Positions 12,801 through 59,642 of a stretch of DNA of 64,000 bases are shown here, one piece after another; the stretch's first letter is position 1; the number at the start of each line of letters is the position of its first letter. The position numbers and the translations under genes are program-made. The stretch comes from Octopus vulgaris (taxonomy: Eukaryota): the NCBI GenBank assembly GCA_951406725.2, contig OX597814.1:97898001-97962000 (forward strand), read 5' to 3'. The notes under the pieces are model-generated. The model searched no databases. It saw only the letters and a program-made list of their open reading frames with translations, and was not told the origin of the DNA.

Positions 12801-15747
12801 ATACTGAGTTCAAATTCTGCCAAGGTTGGCTTTACCTTTTATCCTTTTGAGGTAGATAAAATAAGTACTAGTTGAACACAGGTGTTGATGTAAATGACTT
12901 ACCCCTTCCCTGAAATTGCTGGCCTTATGCCAAAATTTGAAATCAATATTTGGAAGGAGATCAATAATACCTTTAAAAATTGTGAGAATCTGTATTGTGC
13001 TTGAATGAATTGGTAATAATCAGATTTATTCAGTGCATAAATGTTAATATGAAATTTTCTTTTTGGTTTGTTAATTTCTACAGAAATTAGAAGGCATTGT
13101 TCATGCTGGTAAAGTTGATTGTGAAGTAGAATTTCAAATATGCCAACAATATGGAATCTCAGCATATCCCTCAGTACGATTATTCACGGGTTCCAAACAT
13201 TATAAGGTAATACTAATTCCATTATGATCTTCCTCCCTCCTTCCTTTCCTTCTTCCTTCCTTCTCCCCTCCCCCCTCAATCCTATTGTCATTCATGACCA
13301 AGGGGGGTCTTTAATCTGCAGATTGAAGACGATCCCTCTTCTAATGCAAGTAAATTATGTTTTCTCTGTCATTTCAATTTGGTTTAGTTTGTTCATGGTG
13401 ATGGTAGTGATCAGGGAATAATGCAATCCATTAATTAGGTAACCACTAGAAACTTCACTCTGAACTGTTTTTAAGGCCCAGTGCTAGGCCATAGAACAAG
13501 CATGGGCAACCTTTTTGAGGAGTGGGCTCAAAACAGGACTCATCATCAAGTAGACTGCATTGCTAAAAAAATTCAAATCATTCAGAAAGTCCCACAGGCT
13601 GTGGTTTACCTATAGCTGCTTGAGAATCTTTACATAAAGAAACATAATTAAGCTTCTCTTGGATAGGATACCAGGTTGTTTCATTTTTGATTCAGCTCAA
13701 GGTTGTTTTGTGCCAAGTCAGTCCTGATAAAAGAAATCTGAGATCAAAGGTATTGTGTTTGTAATCAGTGTAAGTCTAGATGCCACTTCTCAACATGCAG
13801 CAAATAGTAACCAGAAAAGCCTAAAAAAAATTACACCTTACCTTTAAAATGGCATAAAGTTCCTTGGGGAAAAACGTTACTTTTGTACAATTGATTTGAT
13901 ATCAGTATCTGATAAAGTATTGTTAACCACACCAAGATTATTTTGACCCCCAAAAAAATTTTTTTTAATGCAAGTATTAAACCTGGCTCTCTATTGTTTG
14001 TACAATTTTTCTCTTTCATTCAATTAAGCAGATCAAAAATAAGTACTACTAAAATTATAACTCTATTACCAAATCAAAATTTATAAGATTTAGAATTTTC
14101 TCCTATTTGTATTTCTAAACCTTTTTTTCAGAATGGTTATGATATTGACAGTCAGGATGCAGAAGAAATTATCGATATTGTAAACAGTAAATTGCAAAAG
14201 AAAAAATCTAAAGTAAGTATTGAAAATGTTTTGAAGATATGGATTTAAGGAAGGAACAGATAAATTTACTAAATTGAAATTAGTACATCCTTTGCTCTTA
14301 TGAGTTACTTCCCTTAATTATTATTATTCAAATTGAATTTTTCTTTATCTTTTTTTTAAAGTCAGGAGATAAGGTAGTGTCCATGATCCCTTACAAGCCC
14401 TCTGATTCTGGTATTAGTGAATGAGGTCTCTTCAGTAGAAGACCTGGCTCAATTGTTTGTTACAGAGTGGACAACACTAAAGGCTCTCATGTGCAACAGT
14501 TTACTATCTCTGTCATGGCAAGATTTCAACTCTGAATGCTGAAACAAATACAACCAAACATCCAGTCCACCATTCTTACAGGTCTGGTCAGGATTGGTAC
14601 TCTTTTATCGACCCTGTAAAGATGAAAGGCAAAGTTTACATTAGTGGTATTTGAACTCAAGAGTTGGAACAAATACCACAAGACTGTTTAACACTCTTGT
14701 GATTGAATTTTCTGCCTTAGTACTTCATCATCATCATCGTCGTTTAACGTCCGCCTACCATGCTGGCATGGGTTGGACGATTTTGACTGAGTGCTGGCGA
14801 ACCAGATGGCTGCACCAGGCTCCAATCTTAATCTGGCAGAGTTTCTACAGCTGGATGCCCTTCCTAATGCCAACCACTCTGAGAGTGTAGTGGGTGTTTT
14901 TTACATGCCACTGGCACAGGGGCCAGTCAGGTGGTACTGGCAACGACCTCGCTCGAATCTTTTTATACATGCCACCGGCACAGGTGCCAGTAAGGCGATG
15001 CTGGTAACGATTTTGAATGACTTTACATCTTGGAAAAGTATTAGCATCTGTAATGAAAGCTTCTGTAATTTGCTTCTGTATATTGAAAAATATTTGTGTT
15101 CTACTTGAGATAGAAAATGAATATTTATCCTCAGATATAGTTATAACTCTTACTGTATTTTGGAGATGTTTTACCTAAACAACTGGGCAAGAAATGTAAG
15201 GGTAAAATTAGAGTTGTGATGTTCATGCTTTACCTAGTAAATTGATTGGAAGCTCACTTTGAGCTTAGCTTGAACTCTGTATTGCATAGTAATGAGGTGC
15301 TTTTCAAAATATTGTTTGAATAAAAGCATTAGATTAATAGTACTGATATTTACGGTGTTAGTAATGTATGCAAGGTAGCTATGACTGTAGTTGTACTTAT
15401 CATCATCTTCCATGCTGGATTGAGTTGGATGGTTTGACAAGTTGGACTGTATCATGCTTCAATGTATACTTTTTTGTAGTTTCTGTTGTTGGATTTCCTT
15501 CCTAATGCTCTTTGTGTGACACCTGCATTGGTGAAAATTGCTTTATAGCTTGCAAGGCTAAGGGCCTTAAGTGGCCCCTAAAACTAAGAGAGAAAGAAGA
15601 AAGAGTGGGTAGATGGATAAGGAATGGTAAGTAGGAGAGGATGGGAAGAGTATGGCAGACAACAACCAAACACCTTATATATTTTTTTTTTTTTGATTAC
15701 TGAATATGTTTTTTTATTTTAATTTTCAGAAACATGATGAATTTTAA
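1..15747 (+). CDS. DNAJC10: DnaJ homolog subfamily C member 10 (ERdj5), 5'-partial; join(<1..25,128..250,1999..2088,2968..3084,4925..5036,6648..6784,7261..7377,8083..8184,9392..9547,10807..10940,11974..12175,13084..13206,14132..14212,15730..15747)
   Basis: All introns GT-AG, phases consistent. Translation follows human ERdj5 C-terminal two-thirds: LVNVG, VGRVDC, AFAKESV, WFVDFFAP-WCPPC, WCGPC, SYNGWNRD, WCGHC, AGKVDC, C-terminal HDEF ER-retrieval signal. Confidence 0.95.
128..250 (+). CDS. DNAJC10: DNAJC10 exon (ESLVNVGTVNCD...KDKGM)
   Basis: ttttcag| and |gtaagt; matches ERdj5 'GLVNVGWMDC'. Confidence 0.9.
1999..2088 (+). CDS. DNAJC10: DNAJC10 exon (AISSLVAQEVAHEVLLQLPD...LQ)
   Basis: cag| and |gtaaga; 90 nt, phase 0; matches 'NSLDAKEIYLEVIHNLPD'. 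Confidence 0.85.
2968..3084 (+). CDS. DNAJC10: DNAJC10 exon (NIRHE...WVVHFF...ELRKIPSLLEDENIH)
   Basis: ccag| and |gtaagt; 117 nt; redox-inactive Trx-like domain. Confidence 0.85.
3757..4017 (-). mobile_element. CR1-clade LINE 3' end with (TTA)n tail, nested in a MITE remnant
   Basis: Minus translation RKHFFTLRVAEAWNKLPASVV...SFK, a typical CR1 C-terminus; (TAA)n at 3757..3809. Confidence 0.85.
4925..5036 (+). CDS. DNAJC10: DNAJC10 exon (VGRVDC...GHEIYY)
   Basis: ttag| and G|gtaagg; matches 'VGRFDC...EYEIHHG'. Confidence 0.9.
5650..5910 (-). mobile_element. Older CR1 3' end
   Basis: Similar to 3810..3970 (TGCTCAGGTGCA...AACAACTGATGCAGG). Confidence 0.65.
6648..6784 (+). CDS. DNAJC10: DNAJC10 exon (GRTTAHDVAAFAKESV...WFVDFFAP)
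   Basis: tttcag| and |gtaagt; strong ERdj5 similarity. Confidence 0.93.
7261..7377 (+). CDS. DNAJC10: DNAJC10 exon, Trx2 active site (WCPPCMRLLPEF...DCTVHQGLCTQ)
   Basis: tatag| and |gtataa; CPPC as in human Trx2. Confidence 0.95.
8083..8184 (+). CDS. DNAJC10: DNAJC10 exon (YNIRSYPTTIFYN...DFIE)
   Basis: tttag| and |gtaagc; cis-Pro loop YPT. Confidence 0.93.
9392..9547 (+). CDS. DNAJC10: DNAJC10 exon, Trx3 active site (DTLHPSV...WVVDFFAPWCGPC...KLSK)
   Basis: ctag| and |gtaaca; 156 nt. Confidence 0.95.
9590..9790 (+). mobile_element. SINE family A
   Basis: Head GGCGGCGAGCTGGCAGAATCG; B box GAGTTCAAATTC. Confidence 0.75.
10084..10466 (+). mobile_element. RTE 3'-tail copy
   Basis: GGAAGGGCATCCAGCTGTA...AACCCATGCTAGCATGG...(GAT)n. 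Confidence 0.85.
10807..10940 (+). CDS. DNAJC10: DNAJC10 exon (MFKSNKNVHIADIDC...SYPTMRLYP)
   Basis: ttccag| and GA|gtaaga; phase 2. Confidence 0.9.
10997..11193 (+). mobile_element. tRNA-derived SINE, family A, perfect 17-bp TSD
   Basis: B box GAGTTCAAAT; 3' end GCCAAAATTTGAAACC; TSD AATATTATTCCTGTGCA at 10980 and 11194. Confidence 0.88.
11974..12175 (+). CDS. DNAJC10: DNAJC10 exon, Trx4 active site (SYNGWNRD...FYASWCGHC...QVAA)
   Basis: ccag| and |gtaagt; overlaps ORF 11999..12241; SYNGWNRD identical to human. Confidence 0.95.
12732..12943 (+). mobile_element. SINE family A
   Basis: TSD 12715..12731 and 12944..12960 (15/17). Confidence 0.85.
13084..13206 (+). CDS. DNAJC10: DNAJC10 exon (KLEGIVHAGKVDC...AYPSVRLF...K)
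   Basis: acag| and |gtaata; 123 nt. Confidence 0.93.
13497..13618. mobile_element. Degenerate hAT-type MITE
   Basis: CAAGCATGGGCAAC ... GTTTACCTATAGCTG imperfect TIRs; weak 8-bp TSD (5/8). Confidence 0.35.
14132..14212 (+). CDS. DNAJC10: DNAJC10 exon (NGYDIDSQDAEEIIDIVNSKLQKKKSK)
   Basis: tttcag| and |gtaagt; matches 'INTRDAKAI'. Confidence 0.85.
14724..15010 (-). mobile_element. RTE 3'-tail copy
   Basis: Same tail, reverse orientation. Confidence 0.85.
15730..15747 (+). CDS. DNAJC10: DNAJC10 terminal coding exon (KHDEF*)
   Basis: Long T tract, ttcag|AAA CAT GAT GAA TTT TAA; KDEL-type signal expected for ERdj5. Confidence 0.85.
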   Translation, partial: KHDEF

Positions 15748-17144
15748 GTAATACTTGTGTAAGAAACAGTACACAGCCTTACAGTTGCTGAAATGAAATA
15801 ACAACCATTTTGAAAAAAAATCCTGTATTTAACTTTCTACGCATTTTGGAGATACCATTTTGAATGTTGCAGCCTATTTTACAAAAAATAAGTGATGCAT
15901 AACAACAATTCTGTTTTTTTTTTTCTCTTTAAATCTCTATAATCAAGCTCTCTTTTAAAATCTCTTGAGTTGTACTTATGAGATTTTTTTGTGACATTAA
16001 CTTTCAGGATTTCTGTAGGGTATTTTTCTACTGAAATAACTTTTGGTGACTATGTTCATCCATACCTTAGCAAGGAGTTCCACATGAACAAACTGGTGAC
16101 TTTCATTTTATTTTTTTTTTAATGATAAAATAGAGAAAAATTAAATATATTATTTAAGAATTCAGATACCCCAAACACAACTAAACAAACATACAAACAA
16201 ACAAACAAAAAAAAAAGATGAGCAAAACAAAAATGCTTCAAATATATATGTCCTGTTTATTTTATGACTGAAAGGAGACGAAATTTTGTGTGAATGAGAA
16301 TTAAGTGTTTTGAGTTCAGTGTTCACTGAGATTATTTTTGAAGAACGTAAAAAACGAAAAAGAAATTGATAAAAAACATTTTATAAATTTACGTTGTTTT
16401 ATATTTTTAATTGTTTTCATATTTAATGCTGCTGGAAACTATATTCTTTAATGCAGAAATCTGTTGTTGGATTTTGTATGAAGTATACAAAGTAGATTGG
16501 TGGAATTGTACAGCATCTGACAAAATGCTCTGCCATATTTATATTCATCCCTCTACACATTCTGATTTCAAATCCAATTGTTGGCAGCTTTGCCTCTCAT
16601 CCTCTCAGGATCAATACATACTAGTCAAATACTGGGGTCAATATAATCAGTTCTTCCACAAAAAGTTTTGGCCTTGTGCTTAATTTACAAGTTATAATTA
16701 AAAAAATCTTTTATTAATAGATTAATTTTTGTGTGTGTTTAATGTTGACGCTGGAAATTACTACAATAGATTTTTCTATTTGTTTCCTATACATAGCATT
16801 GAAATCAAGTAACGTGGGGATGTGATAACATCTTCATTTTACATGGCTCTGTGTCCAACTTTAATGCCACCATGTTCAAAACACAGATGGTGTTGACTAC
16901 CTTGTGTTTCTTTTGACATTTTCAAAGACAGTTTCCGTCACTTAATCTCAGAGATGTTCATTTGCATCCTGTAAATCAGGTGAAAGAAATAGCAAGCCTT
17001 CTCCCTCTGGATACTTGTTCAACAGCAAACAGATTTGCACAGTTAGTTAATTCTCAACAGGAGTTTTATACTGAAAGTTTTACAGTCAAAGATGTTGCTG
17101 CTATGACCATTCCATCCTTTTCTCAGGTATAGTATGCATGTATG

Positions 17145-17149
<5 letters not shown>

Positions 17150-17194
<45 letters not shown>

Positions 17195-17975
17195 AAAATG
17201 AAGGCAAATGTTGATACAAATTGGATTTTTATGTAAAAAGGGGTCTAAATGGGGCTGGAAGGGGATTAAAATTTACAGGAGCGGGTAACTTGAGGTGAGA
17301 AATTGATTGGGGGACGTTTTGGGACACTACAGTGGTTGCTTTGGTGTGAAAACGGGATTTTATTGATTTTTGGGGACACTTTAGGGTCTAGATTGGACAC
17401 CTTTTGCCCAATTTCAATCAAATTTTCAACATGGTAAAGTGGAAGCAGATTTGTAATTTAGGCGTGGAAAATGGGTTCAAAATTTTGAAAATTAAGGCAA
17501 GATTTTTGCCTTTTATTTTTTATTGTTTAGTTTTCATTTTTTCTGAAAGAAATTTACAGCTGCATGTAGCCTGTGTTTAGTGCTTTCATTTGCATGATCA
17601 ATCGTCGAAAAATTCCCAAAATAAGTACTAAATAAGTACGAAATTTAACAAAGAAATCCTTTTTTTCCTTACTTTTAATCGCCCAAATAGTAGTGGCAGA
17701 TACAAAAGGCAAGTGTGCTTTCCATTGTCACTGCCTGATATTTGATTGATCTTTCAAAATATTTTCTTTCTCAACTTAGTCTTTTGTTTTTTTATAAATG
17801 AGAGATAGATAGATAGAGAGTAAGAGAAAGCGAGGGAGAGTCTGAGAGAAAGGAAGAGTAAGAGAGTGGGAAAGTGAGAAAGGAGAGAGAAGCAAAGAGG
17901 GAGAATGTGGTGATAAGAAACAGAAAGTAACAACCACACCCTCACCCGCACATAGAACGGGTCGCCTTAAGCCAG
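17150..17975 (+). mobile_element. Probable non-autonomous Helitron in a (TA)n tract
   Basis: 3' hairpin ACCCG-9nt-CGGGT (17944..17962), then CCAG|T (consensus CTRR|T); TA repeats on both sides. Confidence 0.5.
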
Positions 17976-19506
17976 TATATATATAAGAAAGAGAAAGAGA
18001 ACCATATTATTGTATCGGCTTTTATAAAAAAATTTGGGTCAGTTTTGCTACTATTTCTAGCATTTCTTGTAACTTTTTGGAGACTTCCTCATTAGCTCTT
18101 AGTCATGTCTATTCAAAGTTAAGTTACTGTATTATTTCACTATTAGGCATGTGTTTTACTTCCATTTAAAATATGGTAGCCTTGAGCTAACTGCTAGGCT
18201 TAGATTTTGATTTTGATGTTTGGTACTTGTTTCCTAACAGAACTATATTTGTTTACTTTCTTTGTCATTTTTTTTTCGGGTTAGTGAGATATTGTTTTGT
18301 TCACTGAGTTATCTTTAATTGATCTTGTGTTTATGCTGTTGCATTACTAATTATTAAATAATCAATGACTCACACCTGTTATTTTCTCCTTCTGATCATT
18401 TGAAGTCCTTCATTTTTACTAGGACATATATATATAATACTTTGAAGATAAGGAAGCAAAGAAAAATCTTGTAGCGTCTTAATCTTTTTTTTTTTTTTTA
18501 AATGAACTACCTGCCATTTTAAATTCTGGGCCATGATTTATATCTCTTGGAATTGATGCTCAATATAGTTGTAACAACTAAAATACTTTGTCCTCACCAA
18601 TAACTACCAGCCTTCTATAAAGCTCAAGTGAAGCCTACAATGGATGTACTGCATCCACATCTGAGATGGTGTTTCTGCTACATATATTCACACATTCTAG
18701 ACTGCTACCAAAGAAGGGCCAAGGCCACTCAACTGATTGCTATAAAGTTATTCAGAAGCATACTCTTACTCAGTGGTTCCCAACCATTTTTTTTTATCTA
18801 CAAACCCCTTTGATTCCTGTTTTACTCTATTGAACTCTCATAGCCATATGATGTTTAAAAAAATTCTATTATATTTTATTAATTAAATAAGGTTGATCTC
18901 AAAAGACTGAAGTTTTGAAGGCCAATCTCAATATGCTCCTTATAAAGGAGATGACGGAGGACTAAGATATGTGGTGCATTGCTGTACTTGAGAAGGCTTG
19001 CTCACCACAACAAAATTGAGATCGTAAAGCCAAGGTACCACATGAAAAGCATTGGTGTGGGTGTTGGTGCCATGTGAAAAGCAGTGCTGGTACCACATAA
19101 AAAGCATTGATTATGATGCCACATAAAAAGTACCCAGTATACTCTGTGGAGTGGTTGACATTAGGAAGGGCATCAAGCTGTAGAAACCAAGCCAAAACAG
19201 ACTATGGAACCTGATGCAGGCCCCTGGCCTTACCAGTTCCTGTCAAACCATCTAACTCATGCCACCATGGAAAACAGACATCAAATGATGATGATGAATT
19301 GTTAAATATTTTATGTATTTTGCAACATTCTTTTCATAGTTTGATGACCGGCTATAACCTGGTAATATAATTCTTAGTTTAGTTTACCTGTAATGAATTT
19401 TTTCGTGTGAATTTACATTCAATTTGTATTTTGATTTTATGCTACATATATAATTTTTACTGAAATAGATACTGTAGTGGTAAGTTGCAAATATAAAGTC
19501 TCTTAA

Positions 19507-19879
19507 CCCTTTTGCATTTAAACCAACCATATCAGGCCTAAATATTCTACATGTTTTTATGTTCAACCTGGCCAAATGTGCTCTCTCACATCTACCCTAC
19601 AAAGCCATTTTAAAAATAAACAATCAATGGTTGGCATTAGGAAGGGCATCCAACCATAGAAACCATGGCAGAACAGACAGTGAAGTCCGGTGCAGCCTCT
19701 TGCCTTCCTAACTCCAGTCAGACGATCCATCCCATGCCTGCTTGGAAAATGGATGTTAAATGATGATGAGGAAGAAGATGACATCAAAATCTGAAAGCTA
19801 TGAGATAATTCATGTTTTATTCAAAACAATGTGAATAAATAAGAATTACATTTGACAGAATAATCTGAATGCTAAAGTG
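19507..19879. mobile_element. piggyBac-type MITE with nested RTE tail (about 19628..19782)
   Basis: TTAA|CCCTTTTGCATT ... AATGCTAAAGTG|TTAG; related remnant in reverse at about 3670..4130. Confidence 0.7.
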
Positions 19880-20214
19880 TTAGTGGCTATTACCAAGCTT
19901 TGTTTAAATCTCCTTTCTTAGGTTCTGTAATTTCAGAATAATTTGGGATTACACTCTTTATGTGCAGCTTTCCTATTTATTCAAATATTATTTTGTGTCA
20001 ACATTACTTCTCTAATCATCCAGACAAGAGGTTTAGGAATCTGAGATTGTTGTTTGCAAGACTAGAACATTTTTGGAAGATTATTAAGTGTTTAAGGAAT
20101 TTATAGAAAATTTAACTGGAGTTACAATAAGAGTATTTGTGCTGCTACTCTGTGTATCCATTGAAGGTTAAATTATTTTAACGAGATATATACTCTATTG
20201 TCTTTGTTTTGTTT

Positions 20215-20428
20215 TGTTTTTCCAGTTTCAGCTCTTGAGCTGTGGCCATGCTGGGGCACCGCCATTGTGGTGAAAGAGTACAGCAGGGATCACCACCCCC
20301 TGCCGGAGCCTCGTAGAGCTTTTAGGTGTTTTCGCTCAATAAACACACACAACGCCCGGTCTGAGAATCGAAACCGCGATCCTGCGACCGCGAGTCCGCT
20401 GCCCTAACCACTAGGCCATTGCGCCTCT
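20215..20428 (-). mobile_element. Young CpG-rich tRNA-derived SINE, family C
   Basis: Head GAGGCGCAATGGCCTAGTGGTTAGG...GGTTTCGATTC; tail GGTGCCCCAGCATGGCCACAG shared with family B. Confidence 0.85.
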
Positions 20429-21225
20429 ATTTATTGTCATAAATTTTAGATAAATCTTGAGATGAATTTTCACAATTAGTGCCAGTGTAGCTGTGTGGTA
20501 AGAAGTTTGCTTCCCAACCAGACGGTTTCAGGTTCAGTCCTACTGTGTGGCATGTTGGGCAAGTGACTGAATTTGGTAGACAGAAACTGAAAGCTCTTCA
20601 TATGTATTAATGTTTTTCCCCACCCACCACTTGACAGCTGGCATTAGTGTGTTTTCGTCTCTGTAATTTTGCAAGTTGGCAAAGGAGATTGATAGAGTAA
20701 GTACCAGGCTTAAAAAAAAGTAAGCACTGGGCTCAGTTTGTTCAATTAAAATTCCTCAAGGCAGTGCCCCAGCATGGCTACGATCTAATGATTGAAACCA
20801 GTAAAAGATAAATAGTATCATGCTTCTATCCTGAATGACTGTTTCACATTGTAACTGTCATTGTTATTATGTCTGCTTTTTCCATGCTGGTATGGGTTAG
20901 ATGAGACTTGAGTCAGTTTTCTATGGCCAAATTCCATTCCTGATGCCAATCCCATTTCTCTTTTATTTCAAATGTACTGTATTCCACAACGTTATAACAG
21001 AACTGTCAAAATTTTATGTAGAATAAGCATCATCACCACTAACTGAACAGTGTCAATGTGAAGATGTGAATATAAACACATACATAAAGAAGTGGTAAGA
21101 AATTTGTTACCTGACCACATGGTTCCATGTTCATGTTCAATCTCACTGAGTGATACCTTGGTTAAGTGTCTTTCACTATAACCTAGCAAGTAGATTTGAT
21201 AGATGGAAACTGAAAGAAGCTTTGT

Positions 21226-21468
21226 GCAGGTGACACATAAAACATCATTTGAGCGTGGCTGTTGTCAGTACCGCCTGACTGGCCCTCCTGCTGGTGGCAC
21301 ATAAAAGCACCCACTACATTTTTGGAGTGGTTGGCGTTAGGAAGGTCATCAATCTGTAGAAACTCTGCCAGATCAGATTGGAGCCTGGTGCAGCCATCTG
21401 GCTCACCAGTTCCCAGTCAAACCGTCCAACCCATGCTAGCATGGAAAGCAGACATTAAACGATGATAA
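21226..21468 (+). mobile_element. RTE 3'-tail copy
   Basis: Same tail. Confidence 0.8.
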
Positions 21469-22865
21469 TATATATGTTTGTCATTGTCTCCCACCACTTA
21501 GCAACTGGTATTGGTGTATTTACATCTCCATAACATAGTGACTCAGCAAAAGGGCTCGACAGGATAAGTACCAGGCTTTACAAAAAAATAAGTACTGGTG
21601 TTGATTCATTTGACTAAAAATTCTTCAAGGCAATGTCTCAGCATGGCTGCAGTCCAATGACTGAAACAAGTAAAAGATATATAACAATATTCCCATATAG
21701 TTTGTGTCCATCAAATTTCACTTATAAGGTTATGGTCAACTTAAAGTAGAAGACACCTGCTCATTGTTAAATTATAATTGATCTCTATGTGAAAGATCAA
21801 AAGCAACATTGTTTTATTTTAGTCCCAGAGTAACTCTGAACAAACCTGTGGTACACAAGACATTCAGTTGTCTTAAGAGCATTCTACAGATCTATTATTT
21901 CAAATATATGAGACCTCTTTCTACTGGAGGACCTTACTATGCATTCTGACACTCATTTGTCATATGGGGTGCTGGGTATCAATCAAGAAAAGTTCCTTCC
22001 CTAACCAAAGAAAGACCAGATGGCTTTAGTTAATATTTGCATTTATTATTGTGATGTATGTCAGTAGTACATTATCATCCTTTAATGTCCATTTTCCATG
22101 TTGGTATGGGTTGGACAGTTGGGGGTAAATGAGATTATTGATAGTGCTGCTATTTTAGGATGTATGTTTTAGAAAGGAGGTGGTGTAGTGTTTGAGAGTG
22201 ATATTGTAGTGATATGGCTGTGAGAATTGGAATTATCCATGGGAACAAACAACTCCCTCTTCACATGTTCAGGTGGTCTTTCATTCTGAGTGTTTTCACT
22301 GAGTAGGTAACCTGGGTGAAACTTGTGATGATGCACAGTGCATAATTTTGTTCTTTGTAACAGCTTTTGAGGTCCAGGTATGAGTAGCATGATTCATGAC
22401 AAAGTAGACCAATGTCTTCAGCTGCAATTCCAGAACATCAAGTGACTATGAAAAGGCCTTCTAGTTTGTTAACATCATCCTTATTTTCATTGCTGCCACT
22501 AATGTTAAAATGGTATTTGAGCAAATTTCTAAGTGACTCCTGTTGTATGATAGAGAGTATTAAATTACATATATCTTTCAGTCATTGTATTGAAAATATT
22601 AATTTGAATTTTCTTAACTCTTGAACAGACCTGAAAAAAATTCCTTAAGAAATAAACAGCTTTACAGTTTCATAAAGAAGAATAAGTGTTTAAGTACTGT
22701 AGATCAACCTAAGTTTAATAGAGGCTAAACTAAAGGAAATAATTCATGCTTGTTTATATTTCCCAAGCTTTCATAGATAGCTAATATACATTTGACACAC
22801 TCCTTTAAAAAAAAATGTACAATAAAATTCTAGACACAAGCCAACACATAAAATCTGAAACTATT

Positions 22866-46642
<23,777 letters not shown>

Positions 46643-47135
46643 TTTGATAACCAAACACGTGGGATGGACGTCGTATAATATAAACACAAGAAACCGGTGT
46701 TCACGTTTTCATTTTACCTAGTAATTAATATGACACCAGAGGAAAGAATATGATATATATATATATAAGATAATATGTTTTTATCAAGATTTAGAAGGAA
46801 TGCAAACGCACTGTGTTTTGGATCTTTTCGCTTGTTTTGGCTTGAAAATTATAAATTACATAGAAATTTTGTCGAAATTTTCTATTACTTTTTAAAATTC
46901 TTGATTTAGATTTTTAAAAATTCTTACATTAGAGATGTATTTGTCATGTTCTAGTAGATTATTTATAAAAAAAAAAGTTCGTTCCCACTGTTTCACCCTC
47001 ACACATCAATAAAGTTTCACCACATAATAATTATGTTCATTCAGGTATTCCATATTTTAAAGTAACTCCGAAACGAAACTCTAACTGTAGTTAACTCCCC
47101 CTGATCAGCATTTCGGGGACGTTTCTGTAGCAGAC
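46643..47135. promoter_or_regulatory. Putative bidirectional promoter and 5' UTRs shared by DDX52 and NDUFS8
   Basis: Divergent ATGs 493 bp apart; no recognisable SINE/LINE; locally raised CpG near both starts; CACGTG at 46656..46661. Confidence 0.7.
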
Positions 47136-59514
<12,379 letters not shown>

Positions 59515-59636
59515 CTAGTTTAGTACTAGTTTAGATTACCCCTGACAGCATGAGTTTGTAACTTGTTTATTTTCTAGGTGGAGTTCAATAGGTTGACATT
59601 TTGTACTGAACTTATGCATATGAAAATACCTTGTAT

Positions 59637-59642
59637 ATTAAA
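59637..59642 (+). terminator. Candidate NDUFS8 poly(A) signal ATTAAA
   Basis: About 120 nt after the stop, followed by T-rich sequence. Confidence 0.4.

Noticed and set aside
20350-20428. Functional tRNA gene
   Set aside because: tRNA-like head continues into a SINE body and shared tail; no proper acceptor stem or T-run terminator.
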